Source of the DNA: an uncultured delta proteobacterium
GTDB lineage: Bacteria; Myxococcota_A; Polyangia; Polyangiales; B10-G4
Direction of reading: 5' to 3'
DNA length: 64,000 nt
Assembly (NCBI GenBank): GCA_963727445.1
Contig: CAVSGI010000013.1
Span: 416,001-480,000, forward strand
Under the pieces are notes generated by a model that saw only the letters and a program-made list of their open reading frames with translations, did no database searches and had not been told where the DNA came from. Both the position numbers and the translations under genes were made by a program. How positions within the stretch are numbered: position 1 is the first letter of the stretch; the number at the start of each line of letters is the position of its first letter. Positions 33,916 to 44,051 of the stretch are shown one piece after another.

Positions 33916-35490
33916 GTGGTCGCCCGGCTCGCGCTCTCCTCGTTCGCGCTCTTCGTCACGGCAGCCCTCTTTTCGTGCTCGGGCTCGGACACGTTGCTCC
34001 TGATCGACGTCCGAACCGACTACCAGCAGGTGACGGAGTTCGACGCGATCGAGATCGTCGTCGCCGAGCGTGTCGTGCGCCACGACGCCGAGGCCCTCTC
34101 GGACTACACCGCGGGCGTCCGCGTCGCCGAGATCGAGGGGCTCACCCCGGGTCCGACGGTGGTCGCGGCGCGCCTGCTCCTCGGCGATACGGTCGTCCGC
34201 GAGGTCTCGCGGAGCACGACCGTCGGTGACCGCACCGCGGTCGTGATCGAGATCCTCCGCGACTGTTTGACGGGCTCGTGCGATCCCGACGGCGGCATGC
34301 CGGACGGCAGCGTCGATGGGGCGTCGGGCGACGCGACCATGGACGGCACCACGACGATGGACGGCAGCGCCAGCGACGCGACGATGGACGCCACGGGAGC
34401 CACGACAGGCTGGACCATGCTCGACGGCGGCGAGTACCACACCTGCGGCATCCGCGACGACCGGGCCTACTGCTGGGGCCTCAACCTCGATGGCCAGCTC
34501 GGGAACGGCACCAACACCGCGAGCTCGTACCCGACTGCCGTAGTGGGCCTCCCCGACGCCCCCGTGACCTCCATCTCGGCGGGGGGCGGGCACTCCTGCG
34601 CGGTCGTGACCGGCGCCGTCTACTGCTGGGGCAAGGGCGGAGCGGGACAGCTCGGCGATGGGACCTCCCGGCCGAGCACGCGCGCGGTGGCGGTCGTCGG
34701 GATCCCCGACGGCGCGGCCGTCGGGGTCTCCGCCGGAGAGGGCTTCACCTGCGCGCGCACCGCCTCGAAGCTGTACTGCTGGGGCGTCGACTCGACTGGT
34801 CAGCTCGGCAACGACACCGGCGGGTCGAGCGACACCGCCGTGGAGGTCGTCGGACCGTGGGGGGCGAGCGCACGGCCCAGTGACGTGAGCGCCGGCGCAG
34901 ATCACGCCTGCGCCGTCGTCGATGATCAGGGTTACTGCTGGGGCCACAACGATCACGACTCCGCGCTCGGCGCCGGCTCGGGCTTCACCGTGAGCCAGGT
35001 CCCGCTCTCCCAGGGCACGCGCCGCCTCTCCCGCATCTGCATCGCCGGATGGCATGGGTGCAGCCTCTCCGGCGGCGCGGTGTTCTGCTGGGGATGGGGT
35101 CAGGACGGAATGCTCGGTGACGGACGCAACACCGACTCGTCGACGCCGCTCGCGGTGCCGGACCTGGCGAGCTCGGTGGATGCGCTCGACTGCGGCGGCG
35201 CGGCGACGCCGCTCGACGCTACCTGCGCCATTCGCGCCGGCCACGTGTGGTGTTGGGGGAGCAACGAGCACGGTCGGCTCGGCCAGGACCCCGCCGCGGC
35301 CTCGTACAGCATTCCGGTCGAGGTGCCCGGCATCACCAACGCCACCTCGCTCGCGGTCGGCTTCTGGCACACCTGCGCCATCCTCGCGGACGAGACCGCC
35401 TGGTGCTGGGGACGGGGCGACCAGGGACAGCTCGGCAACGGAACGATGGCGGACTCGACGTCGCCGGTGCCGGTGATGGAAGCTCCCTGA
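33916..35490 (+). CDS. RCC1-repeat lipoprotein with conserved N-module
   Basis: About 7 G..HTCA...CWG....GQLG repeats; FSC lipobox. Confidence 0.9.
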   Translation: MVARLALSSFALFVTAALFSCSGSDTLLLIDVRTDYQQVTEFDAIEIVVAERVVRHDAEALSDYTAGVRVAEIEGLTPGPTVVAARLLLGDTVVREVSRSTTVGDRTAVVIEILRDCLTGSCDPDGGMPDGSVDGASGDATMDGTTTMDGSASDATMDATGATTGWTMLDGGEYHTCGIRDDRAYCWGLNLDGQLGNGTNTASSYPTAVVGLPDAPVTSISAGGGHSCAVVTGAVYCWGKGGAGQLGDGTSRPSTRAVAVVGIPDGAAVGVSAGEGFTCARTASKLYCWGVDSTGQLGNDTGGSSDTAVEVVGPWGASARPSDVSAGADHACAVVDDQGYCWGHNDHDSALGAGSGFTVSQVPLSQGTRRLSRICIAGWHGCSLSGGAVFCWGWGQDGMLGDGRNTDSSTPLAVPDLASSVDALDCGGAATPLDATCAIRAGHVWCWGSNEHGRLGQDPAAASYSIPVEVPGITNATSLAVGFWHTCAILADETAWCWGRGDQGQLGNGTMADSTSPVPVMEAP

Positions 35491-35582
35491 CGAAGACTTC
35501 ATCATGGCCATTGGCCAGCGCTATGGCTGGCATAGAAACCAAATTCTAGTCACATAGCTCCGCGAGACCCACGCTGGGTCTC

Positions 35583-36701
35583 ATGGCAGCACGTACCTCC
35601 TTCGGTCGATCGTTCCTGGTCATCTCCGTCCTCCTCGGGCTCGCGGGCTGTGCCGCGACGCACGGAGACCCCGGCGAGCTCTGGGCACCCGGAACCGAGA
35701 CGGGGAGCCCACCGATCGTCACACCCGGCGCTGTGCCGGCGTCCCTCGAGGGGTGCCTCGAGGCGGGCGGTGAGCTCCTGGAGCTCGACTCGGTGAGCAA
35801 CAACGACCGCGAGGACCACGGCGAGCTACTCACCTTCGGCATCTCCCCCGAGGGCCTGCTCGCCGCCGCGGGCGCCGACGGCACGCTGAAGTTCTGGACG
35901 CTCGACGCAGAGCTCCTCGCCACCGTCGATGGCAGCGCGTTGGTCTACGGCGTCGAGGCGGGGCGCACGCCCATCACCGATCTGGCGTTCTACGAAGAGG
36001 CGGCCATCGTGGGCGACGTCCGCGGGCTCGTCTCGCACATGGATGCCGAGGGCGCCTTCTGGCCCGTCGGTGGAACCACGCCCGACGTTCCGATCCGCAG
36101 CGTCGCCGTCCACGCGGCGACGGCGCGCTATGCGCACGCGCAGGTGGGCCCGGACCTGGTCCCCCTCGTGGTTCGCGCGATCCCCGGCACGGAGGGCGAC
36201 GGGGAGGTCTTCGAGATCGAGCCCACGATCGTCACCGAGCCGAACGACCTCGCCTTCGCGCCGGGCGGCGAGCTCGTGGTGGTCGGCGGCCCGATGGCGG
36301 AGATCGAGATCCACGACGCCGCCGACCCGCGCACCGTCCTTCGCAGCGTGGGCTTTCACGGCAGTGTCCCCATCCGCGAGGTCGCGCTCTCCGCGCGCGG
36401 CGGCGTCGGGGTCGCCGTCTCCGAGGACTACCTCTACGTGCTGCGCGAGCTCGAGGCCTGGCGCGAGATCTGGATCCCGGAGCACCAGGGCCGAAGCGTG
36501 GACGTGACGCCAGGCGGCGCCGTGGCCTTCTCGGTCGGCGCCGACGGCATGCTGCTGTCGCACTGGACCGAAGACGGAAGCGAGGCGGCGCGTGCGCCGG
36601 TGGCCGATCCCATCACGGTTCGCGTCGACCCGAGCGGCGCGCTCGTGATCGTGGGGTCCCGCGACGCGACGATCCACGTGTTCGGCTGCACCGCGCCCTG
36701 A
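35583..36701 (+). CDS. WD40/beta-propeller lipoprotein
   Basis: LAGC lipobox; SPEG.LAAAGADGTLKFW, GSRDATIHVF. Confidence 0.8.
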   Translation: MAARTSFGRSFLVISVLLGLAGCAATHGDPGELWAPGTETGSPPIVTPGAVPASLEGCLEAGGELLELDSVSNNDREDHGELLTFGISPEGLLAAAGADGTLKFWTLDAELLATVDGSALVYGVEAGRTPITDLAFYEEAAIVGDVRGLVSHMDAEGAFWPVGGTTPDVPIRSVAVHAATARYAHAQVGPDLVPLVVRAIPGTEGDGEVFEIEPTIVTEPNDLAFAPGGELVVVGGPMAEIEIHDAADPRTVLRSVGFHGSVPIREVALSARGGVGVAVSEDYLYVLRELEAWREIWIPEHQGRSVDVTPGGAVAFSVGADGMLLSHWTEDGSEAARAPVADPITVRVDPSGALVIVGSRDATIHVFGCTAP

Positions 36702-36799
36702 GGCCGGTTGACGTCCGGCGCTGAATAATCGTAGGAGGCCTTTCGTCCATGGCCCACCCCTCACGAGGGACGGGTGCGCGCGGAGCTGGGAGGCGGAAA

Positions 36800-37732
36800 A
36801 TGAAGATGGGTGGGAAGATCGCGCTGGCGCTCGGCGCCGTGGCGTTGGTGACCTTCGGAGCGGCGCGTGCGGAGGCGCAGCGCTCCAATTTCGGGACGAT
36901 CGACCTGACGCCCGGCTTCGTCCCGGATCCGCACGTGGTCGAGGGCAGGAGCGGCGGTGAGACCAACGCCAACACGCTGAGCGAGAACTGCCGTGGATGG
37001 ATCTCGTCGACCCCCGATCACATCCTTCAGGTCCACGGCCGCTTCAACTGGCTGCGCATCTTCGCCCAGTCGACGGGGGACACGACGCTGGTGATCCAGA
37101 ACGCGCGCGGCCGCGTCCTGTGCGACGACGACACCTTCGACCGCAACCCCGCGATCGAGGGCGACCTCCCCGAGGGCACGTACCGCATCTGGATCGGCAG
37201 CTACTCGCATGGCGAGACGCTGCCCTACCAGCTGAAGTTCACCGAGCTTCGGAGCGTGACGCCGAGCTCGCGCGCCGAGACCCCGGTCCCACCACAAACC
37301 GGGCCGAGCGATGCAAATCGCGGCCTGCAGATCGACGCCACGCAAGGCAACTTCGAAGCCGTCAACCTCCGCTCCGGCTTCACCCCCGACCCGGCGCGCA
37401 AGACGGGTGTCTCCGGCGGCCAGCTCGACGCGTCGCATCTGGGCAACGGCTGTCGCGGTTGGATCGCGGGACGGCCCGATCACATCCTGCGCCTCACGAG
37501 CAACTTCAACTTCTTCCGCATCTTCGTGACGAGCGACTCGGACACGACGCTGGTGGTGCGTCTGCCCAATGGGCGCTTCGTGTGCAACGACGACGCGAAC
37601 AACCTCAACCCCGCGATCAGCCGAAACCGCTGGCGGCGAGGGCTCTATCGTGTGTGGGTGGGCAGCTACTCTGAAGGTGACAACAGCCAGTACAACATCG
37701 GCTTCACCGAGCTGCAGAGCGTCACCGAATAG
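36800..37732 (+). CDS. Secreted protein with two tandem PPC-like domains
   Basis: NF....L..GF.PDP...SGG..C.GWI...PDH..DTTLV..C.DD..G.YR.W.GSY occurs twice. Confidence 0.8.
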   Translation: MKMGGKIALALGAVALVTFGAARAEAQRSNFGTIDLTPGFVPDPHVVEGRSGGETNANTLSENCRGWISSTPDHILQVHGRFNWLRIFAQSTGDTTLVIQNARGRVLCDDDTFDRNPAIEGDLPEGTYRIWIGSYSHGETLPYQLKFTELRSVTPSSRAETPVPPQTGPSDANRGLQIDATQGNFEAVNLRSGFTPDPARKTGVSGGQLDASHLGNGCRGWIAGRPDHILRLTSNFNFFRIFVTSDSDTTLVVRLPNGRFVCNDDANNLNPAISRNRWRRGLYRVWVGSYSEGDNSQYNIGFTELQSVTE

Positions 37733-37807
37733 AGTGCGCAGGCGCGCGGAGTAGAACGCCGTTCATTCCGTGCAGCCTCCGGGGGCGCGTGGCAGGCTCG
37801 TCGGCCC

Positions 37808-38638
37808 GTGCGCCCCTTTGTGATCGCCGTCGTGCTGCTGTTGGCCGCGCCCGCGATGGCGCAGCAAGGGGGCGTCGCGCGGACCGAGACGGCGACGGAT
37901 TCGGAGACGGACGCGGAGACGGAGACAGCGTCGGAAGTCGTGCCGCCGCCCCCCGAGGGGGGATCGGACGCGCCGGCGGAGGACGTCCGCTATCTGGATG
38001 CCGCGGCCAATCGCGTGGTGTGGCTGCCGACGGCCGAGACCAACCCCGAAGGCACGTTCTTCTTCGGCATCTACGAGGTGGTCGGGCTTCAGTTCGGCTA
38101 CGCCCTGACCGACGACTTCGAGTTCGCTCTCACCGGCGTCGTTCCCATCGACACCTTCCCCTACGCCTTCGACCTCTCCGTCAAATGGAACGTGCTCCGG
38201 CATCGGGTCTTTCGCGTCGCGCTCTTCGGCTCCCTCGGCGTCTACGTGGATGGTGACCGCGCCGAGACCATCGGTGGCCGCGCGGGCGCGTCGCTATCGT
38301 TCTGCCTCAACGACGACTGCACCTCCCAGCTGAGCCTCAGCGGCGGTGCGCTGATCGGCAACCACATCGACACCGAGCTCCCCCTCGCCATGGGCGCCGG
38401 CCTGGTGGTGCGCGTCCATCGGCTCCTCGCGCTGGTGGTGGAGCCGCTCTACGGGCGCATCGAGAAGATGAACGCCCCGGACGCCTTCGTCCTGAACTAC
38501 GTCTTCCGCATCGGGCAGCTCGACTGGTCCCTCGACGTCGGCATGACCCGCCCCTTCGTCGACGAGCTGAAGAGCGGCCCCTTCGTCGCGGGCATCCCCT
38601 GGCTCGCCTTCACCTATCGTCTCGGTTGGGAGCCCTAG
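37808..38638 (+). CDS. Putative outer-membrane beta-barrel protein
   Basis: Signal peptide, amphipathic strands, IPWLAFTYR terminus. Confidence 0.6.
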   Translation: MRPFVIAVVLLLAAPAMAQQGGVARTETATDSETDAETETASEVVPPPPEGGSDAPAEDVRYLDAAANRVVWLPTAETNPEGTFFFGIYEVVGLQFGYALTDDFEFALTGVVPIDTFPYAFDLSVKWNVLRHRVFRVALFGSLGVYVDGDRAETIGGRAGASLSFCLNDDCTSQLSLSGGALIGNHIDTELPLAMGAGLVVRVHRLLALVVEPLYGRIEKMNAPDAFVLNYVFRIGQLDWSLDVGMTRPFVDELKSGPFVAGIPWLAFTYRLGWEP

Positions 38639-38658
38639 GACCTCGGCCCAAAGCGGGC

Positions 38659-39546
38659 TCAGAGCGTGTCGACCGAGGCGAAGCTGATGCTCAGCTCGCC
38701 TTCCGTCGGGAAGTCGACGAAGAGGATGCTGTCCGAGAGCAGGGCGGCGCCGTTGCCGGGGACGACGAGCTCGAGGGCGCTGAAGCGGTCCTCGGGATCG
38801 GGCGTGCCGGTGCCGTCTTGGTAGGTGACGAAGGTCGGGTGGGTGACCACCAGCGCGTCGGCGCCGGCGTAGATCGTCACGCTCGAGATGTGCAGGCCGA
38901 GCGCGACGCGCTGCGCGAAGAAGTGCAGCTCTGCACCGGGCAGGCCCACGTCGTCGAGCGAGATGACGTTGTCACCGTCGTCGACCGCCTGCGGGTTGGT
39001 CTCGTAGTCGCCGGCGACCGGGGTCGGATCTTCGCCGCCACCGCCGCCGCCACCGCCGCCACCACCGCCGCCCGCGTCGCCACCGACGCCACCGCCGCCG
39101 CCAGCGGCCGGCCCCGCCTCGAGGGTGATCCAATCGGAGACCACCTGCGCTTCGGTCGGCTGCCAAGCGGGCCCGCGGTGCGCGCCCTTCGTGACCAGAG
39201 TGCTCCGTCCGGGATCGCCGACGGTGACCACACCGCTCGCGAGAATCGTGTTGTAGGGATCGGCCATGTCGATGAAGACGGGGGCCGTGGCCGCGTCCGT
39301 GTGGCAGGCGGCGCAGCGGCTGTCGAGCAGCGGTAGCACCTGCGCGAGGAAGACCTGTTCGGGATCGGTCGCGGTCCCGTCGCCCGTGACGGGCGGCGTG
39401 TCGCCGGCGGGATCGGTCCCACCATCGGCGTCGCCAGGACCTTCCGGGGCCTCTCCCCAACCCGGTCCGGTGACCGTCGCTGCCTGACAGCCAGCGGCCG
39501 CGAGAGCGAGAGTCAGGATGTATGGAATCAAGCGCATCTCTCTCAC
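38659..39546 (-). CDS. Monoheme c-type cytochrome lipoprotein
   Basis: AAGC lipobox; F...V.PLL..RCAACH, GDP..S.L..K..H, W; poly-Gly linker. Confidence 0.75.
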   Translation of the reverse strand: MREMRLIPYILTLALAAAGCQAATVTGPGWGEAPEGPGDADGGTDPAGDTPPVTGDGTATDPEQVFLAQVLPLLDSRCAACHTDAATAPVFIDMADPYNTILASGVVTVGDPGRSTLVTKGAHRGPAWQPTEAQVVSDWITLEAGPAAGGGGGVGGDAGGGGGGGGGGGGGEDPTPVAGDYETNPQAVDDGDNVISLDDVGLPGAELHFFAQRVALGLHISSVTIYAGADALVVTHPTFVTYQDGTGTPDPEDRFSALELVVPGNGAALLSDSILFVDFPTEGELSISFASVDTL

Positions 39547-39741
39547 CTAGATCACTTCTGGTGCCAACACCTACGGCGCCTGAAATCACCGTCTTTTCCG
39601 GGCTGGCGGCTCATTTTCCAGCCGAATTTCGGGAGCCGAGAGCGCTCCATGCTCCCCAGCTGGTGGTGGTAATTGCTCGATGTTTCGCCTTTTTGCCGAT
39701 CGCGCCCTGGCCCGGTAGCTGCAGTGATCCGTCGCAGCCAG

Positions 39742-40230
39742 ATGCCTCGGCTTTTCTTCCACGTCCTCGCCACCCTCGCGCTGTCGGGCTGCGCTCTCGC
39801 GCCTCTGCCCGCCGATCCGCCCGAGCCGAGTCGCGCGGCGTTCGACACCAACATCTATCCGATCCTCGTGCGCGATTGCGGCTTCCCCGCGTGCCACGGC
39901 AATAGCGGTCGCTTCTTCCGCGTCTTCAGCCCGAGCCGCACGCGCCTCGACGAAGCCACGCCCCTCGCAGCGCCCGCGACCGATGCCGAGATCACAGCGA
40001 CCTACGAGCGTGCGCGCTCGATGCTCGCGGGCGCGTCTTCACCGGAGCAGGCGCTTCTCGTTCGCAAGCCGCTCGAGATCGATCAGGGCGGCGCGCCGCA
40101 CATGGGCATCGACATACACGGCCACGACGTCTACGCGAACAGCGACGCGCAAGGCTACGTGGCCCTGCTCGAATGGGCGCGCGCCGGTCAGAGCTTCGCC
40201 GCGCTCAGCGAGGATGGAGGCGCGCCATGA
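39742..40230 (+). CDS. Lipoprotein with CX4CH heme-like motif, paralogous domain to 38659..39546
   Basis: LSGC lipobox; F...IYPIL..DCGFPACHG, P..ALL.RKP..H.G, W. Confidence 0.7.
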   Translation: MPRLFFHVLATLALSGCALAPLPADPPEPSRAAFDTNIYPILVRDCGFPACHGNSGRFFRVFSPSRTRLDEATPLAAPATDAEITATYERARSMLAGASSPEQALLVRKPLEIDQGGAPHMGIDIHGHDVYANSDAQGYVALLEWARAGQSFAALSEDGGAP

Positions 40231-40934
40231 GACCGCTCGCCCTGCTCCTTCTTCCGCTCGGCGTCTCACTCTTCGCCCCGACGGCGCACGCCTTCCGCAC
40301 CGCGGCGACCTTCGACGATCCTGCGGCGGAAGGCGGAGGCGGCGCGCGGCACTTCACCGGCTCCGTTCAGGACGGCTACACCTGCGCGGTCTGCCATCGC
40401 GGCCGCGAGCCCGATCCGGTCGAGCTCACCGGCCTGCCCCTCGAAGGCTACGTGCCCGGCGGCGCCTACGAGATCGAGATCATCATGCCCAACGCCCCGG
40501 CGAGCTCTCTCGCGCTCGAGCTCACCGACGAGCTCGGCGGCGGCGTCGGCTCGCTCGCCCTGCCCGCGGCGCCCGCGGGGCCCGAGCTCTGCACCACCGG
40601 CGACCCCGCTACCAGCCGGGTGTCGCTCGGTGACCGCGCCGTGATCGCCATGAACGCGTGCGGCGCCCAGCGGGTGCGCGCGATCTGGACCGCACCCGAC
40701 CAGCCGCTGGGGCCCGTCTGGTTTCACGCGGTGGTGGTCACCGGCGACGACAACTCCGACACCGAAGGAGACGGCGTCGAAGAGATCGCCCACGTGATCC
40801 CGGTCGCGGGCGCCAGCGCCGAGGCCGCACGCGTGGGCACCTCCGCTTGCAGCGCGGCGCGCGGGGCGCCTTCCCGCCTCGCCTGGCTCCTGCTTCCCGT
40901 CCTCTGGCTCCTCGCGCGCAGGCGTCGCGCCTAG
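40227..40934 (+). CDS. Reeler-like exported protein with CxxCH and MYXO-CTERM-like tail
   Basis: FTGS...TCAVCH, GYVPG..YEI.I, WTAP; C + TM + RRRR; ATGA overlap with upstream gene. Confidence 0.7.
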   Translation: MRPLALLLLPLGVSLFAPTAHAFRTAATFDDPAAEGGGGARHFTGSVQDGYTCAVCHRGREPDPVELTGLPLEGYVPGGAYEIEIIMPNAPASSLALELTDELGGGVGSLALPAAPAGPELCTTGDPATSRVSLGDRAVIAMNACGAQRVRAIWTAPDQPLGPVWFHAVVVTGDDNSDTEGDGVEEIAHVIPVAGASAEAARVGTSACSAARGAPSRLAWLLLPVLWLLARRRRA

Positions 40935-40937
40935 GCG

Positions 40938-42608
40938 CTAGCGCGAAGCGATCATGACCTCGCGGGTCTCGGGTCGCTCGAGACCGACGACCCGGTAGCC
41001 ACCGCCGGCGAGCTGGTAGAGGTGGACGCGCGCTGGACCGGGCGCGTCTTCGCCGGGCGTCTCGGCGATGACGTCCACGATCACGTAGCCAGGCGTCTGT
41101 CGCGCGGGCAGGGTGACGCAGACCCGCCCGTCCTCCGTGGGGCGCGGCTCGATCGCCGGGCCGGGGACGGGAGGCCAACCCAGATAGCTCCGCGCCGAGT
41201 GCGCTCGCCCGTTCGCCTCGCGGAGGCCGGAGCGCAGCGCGAGATCGTCGAGGCAGAGCTCGTCCCCTTCGGCGACCGGATTGGCGAGCGGTGAGAGGCG
41301 GGTGAGGAAGCGCTCGAGGATGCGCATCTGACGACCGCGGAGGATGCGGACGAGCTCGTTCGTCACCAGGGGCTTCGAAAAGCGACCCGTCTCGACCATC
41401 GCCCGGATCGACGGCTCGTCCAGCCGGCTGATGATGCGAGCCATCCACGCCGAATCGCGCTCGGTTCGCCGCTCGAAGGCTTCGTTCGGATAGCCGTTAC
41501 GCCAGTCTTCGGGATCGAATCGCTCCACGTCGTAATAGCCGATGTACCGGTATGCCGGCCCGCGCGTCGACCCGCGATAGGGACGCGACAAGAGCCCCAG
41601 GGTCAGCAGATCCTCGGTGACGTATTCGAGGTCGAGGTAGCGGGCGACGCCGAAGGTCTGGCTCTCCATGTCGGAGGAGGGCCAGGCGATGCCCAGGGAG
41701 TCGCCGGCGTCGAGGACGAGGTGGCGGATGAAGCCGTTGCCGTCGTCGTCGGTCTCGACCCAGATGTCGAGGTTGTTCTCGGCGCGGGTGTCGATGTGGT
41801 TGAGCCAGGCCGACGCGACGTACATCCCGCGGACCTCGCGACGGTCCTGGTGCGCGAAGACGTCGTTGGGGTCCGCGTCGCGAACGCCATCGAACTGCCA
41901 TCCGCCGAGGGGCGTTCCATCGACGAATCGGCTGACGCTCGCGCGGAGCATCCCGCCCGGCGCCTCGCCCGCCGCGTCGATCAGAGACGCCAGGTGCTCG
42001 GGGGTGTAGGGCCGATCGTGTCGCCCGCCGGTGTGCGCGCCCGGCGCGATGGAGATGTCCGACGGCTCGAAGAAGACGACCTGATTGCAGGGGACGTAGT
42101 AGCCGAGGGCATGGAAGAACCGCGTGGCGATGGCGTCGGCGGCGGTGCCGCGCTCCGGCTGCCAGAAGTCGAGCTTGAAGACGTACTTCTGCCCGTCGGC
42201 GGCCTCGATGATCGCGCCGGGGGTGGTCCCGCTGAGCTTGCCCTGAACGACCTGCCAGGGCTTGGGCGGAAGCGCCTCGGACGGACAGGCGCCGATCGCG
42301 AGCTCGCTGGGGTTCATCTCGCGAACGCCGATGCGGTTCTCGAACCAGCTCGAGCTCGGGACCTCGTCGAGTGAGTTGACGTTGACCGCTTCGGTGGCGC
42401 GGCGGAACTGCCACAGCTCGGAGAGCTGGCGAAAGACGACGTTGTCGCCCTGGTCCCAGGCCCAGGGGGTGTAGAGCTCGTCGGGCATCGGCCCGAAGGC
42501 GACCTGATCGGCGTCGACCCAGATCGGATCGCGATTGGGAAAGGGGTGCATGGTCGCGGCCCCGCAGCCGGTGGTGAGGAGCACTAGCAGGATCGCCATC
42601 CGCCTCAC
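40938..42608 (-). CDS. Lipoprotein with probable atypical protein-kinase-like fold
   Basis: TTGC lipobox; KLSGTTPG, YVFK, E..TAA, WLNHIDTRAENN, LDAGDSLG; GTGA overlap with upstream barrel gene. Confidence 0.6.
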   Translation of the reverse strand: MRRMAILLVLLTTGCGAATMHPFPNRDPIWVDADQVAFGPMPDELYTPWAWDQGDNVVFRQLSELWQFRRATEAVNVNSLDEVPSSSWFENRIGVREMNPSELAIGACPSEALPPKPWQVVQGKLSGTTPGAIIEAADGQKYVFKLDFWQPERGTAADAIATRFFHALGYYVPCNQVVFFEPSDISIAPGAHTGGRHDRPYTPEHLASLIDAAGEAPGGMLRASVSRFVDGTPLGGWQFDGVRDADPNDVFAHQDRREVRGMYVASAWLNHIDTRAENNLDIWVETDDDGNGFIRHLVLDAGDSLGIAWPSSDMESQTFGVARYLDLEYVTEDLLTLGLLSRPYRGSTRGPAYRYIGYYDVERFDPEDWRNGYPNEAFERRTERDSAWMARIISRLDEPSIRAMVETGRFSKPLVTNELVRILRGRQMRILERFLTRLSPLANPVAEGDELCLDDLALRSGLREANGRAHSARSYLGWPPVPGPAIEPRPTEDGRVCVTLPARQTPGYVIVDVIAETPGEDAPGPARVHLYQLAGGGYRVVGLERPETREVMIASR

Positions 42609-43999
42609 AGCGTGTTCCTCGTGCCGAAGGTGAGTCGGAAGTTGGTGAGGGAGCCGCCGAGGTCGAAGGGCTCGGTTCCGGCCGCGATGGTGATCTCGAG
42701 GGGGTTGTCGCCCATGCCTGAGAGAAGAGGTGCGAGCCCGAGGCCGAAGGAGAGTCGGGTTCGGCCGATGGCGAAGTCCTCGAAGTGCTCGCCGAAGACG
42801 TTGCCCACCGCTACGTGGATACGCGCGTCCAAGAACGCCCAGATCGGATAGGTGTAGTGGAGCTCGAGCACCGCCGCGCTCTGACCGCGAAGAACGCCCG
42901 GCTGAAAGCCGCGCATCGGTCCATTGCCCCCCAGATCGACGAGCGCGTTGAAGGGCACCTGACCCGGACCGCCGGTGGGCGTCACCAGCCCGACCGCGCC
43001 GGTGATCGCGAGGACGCGGTGCTCTCCGAAGATGTCGTAGGCCACCGTCGACTCGGCGCCCCACCGAACCCAGCGCACGTCGGGCAGGCCGGTGATGAGC
43101 GCGTGCTCCTCCGCGTAGCCGCTGATCCGAAAGTGCGTTCCCTCCCTCTCGTCCCTCTTTTGGGTGTCGAAGACGAAGGTGAAGCCGCCATAGACTTCCG
43201 AGAAGTTGGTACCCAACCCATAAGGCGTGGGCTCGCCGATCTGCGCCGCGAGGTCACCCGCCGCTGGATCGTTTCGCCACCCCTGGCTCTCGAGATGGTA
43301 GTAGCGGTAGCCCGCTTCGTAGGTGAGCTTCGTGGAACGCCACGGCCGAAGCTGGAGTCGCAGGGTCGGCTGGTAGAGAACCTCCTCGTAGCGCCCCCAG
43401 CGAACGTTGACACCCGAGGTCCGGCTGGTCGCATCCCAACCGATGCCCGAGTAGATGAAGTCGGGCCGCCGATGGGTGTGGAAGCGCAGCGTCAGATCGC
43501 CGCTGTCGTGCGCGAAGGTGTAGCGGTCGTGCGCGGTGAGCGAGAGCCACTGCGGCCCCCAGAACCCGCCGTGGATCGCCACGCGGTTGTCGTCGACCAG
43601 GAGGTTCTTCCACTGAAAGTAGAGGCCCACGCTCGGGCTCAAGCCGAACTCGTAGAGGAACGTTGGCACGATCAGCCCGTCGTTGTTCTTCCCGAGCTGA
43701 AAGACGTCGACGAGGGTTTCGACCACCTGCTCGCGCTCGACGACGGTGAAGATCGCGCCGAGGGGGCGCCGGATCAGGTATTCGCTCGTGAGATAGAGCG
43801 GAGACAGCAGGATCCGTGGGATCCAAAGCACGTTGTCGATGGCGTCGGGCGGCGCCGGTGGCCGACCGTCGAGATCGGGCGTCGGTCGCTTGCCCCGGTC
43901 CTCGGCGAAGGCCACCGGCGAGAGCGTGACGCTCAGGGCGACGGCGACGATGACCAGCGCACAAGCGTGCTTCAACTGGTTGTGCGTCGCATGACCCAT
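42605..43999 (-). CDS. Omp85 (BamA/TamA-like) barrel without evident POTRA domains
   Basis: LGGNGPMRGF...LRG loop motif, ELHY.YP, SFGLGL, C-terminal FRLTFG. Confidence 0.7.
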   Translation of the reverse strand: MGHATHNQLKHACALVIVAVALSVTLSPVAFAEDRGKRPTPDLDGRPPAPPDAIDNVLWIPRILLSPLYLTSEYLIRRPLGAIFTVVEREQVVETLVDVFQLGKNNDGLIVPTFLYEFGLSPSVGLYFQWKNLLVDDNRVAIHGGFWGPQWLSLTAHDRYTFAHDSGDLTLRFHTHRRPDFIYSGIGWDATSRTSGVNVRWGRYEEVLYQPTLRLQLRPWRSTKLTYEAGYRYYHLESQGWRNDPAAGDLAAQIGEPTPYGLGTNFSEVYGGFTFVFDTQKRDEREGTHFRISGYAEEHALITGLPDVRWVRWGAESTVAYDIFGEHRVLAITGAVGLVTPTGGPGQVPFNALVDLGGNGPMRGFQPGVLRGQSAAVLELHYTYPIWAFLDARIHVAVGNVFGEHFEDFAIGRTRLSFGLGLAPLLSGMGDNPLEITIAAGTEPFDLGGSLTNFRLTFGTRNTL

Positions 44000-44051
44000 C
44001 GCGCGAAGTATCGTCCATCAAGACGCGCGCAGGGTTCAACGAAGTTCGACC

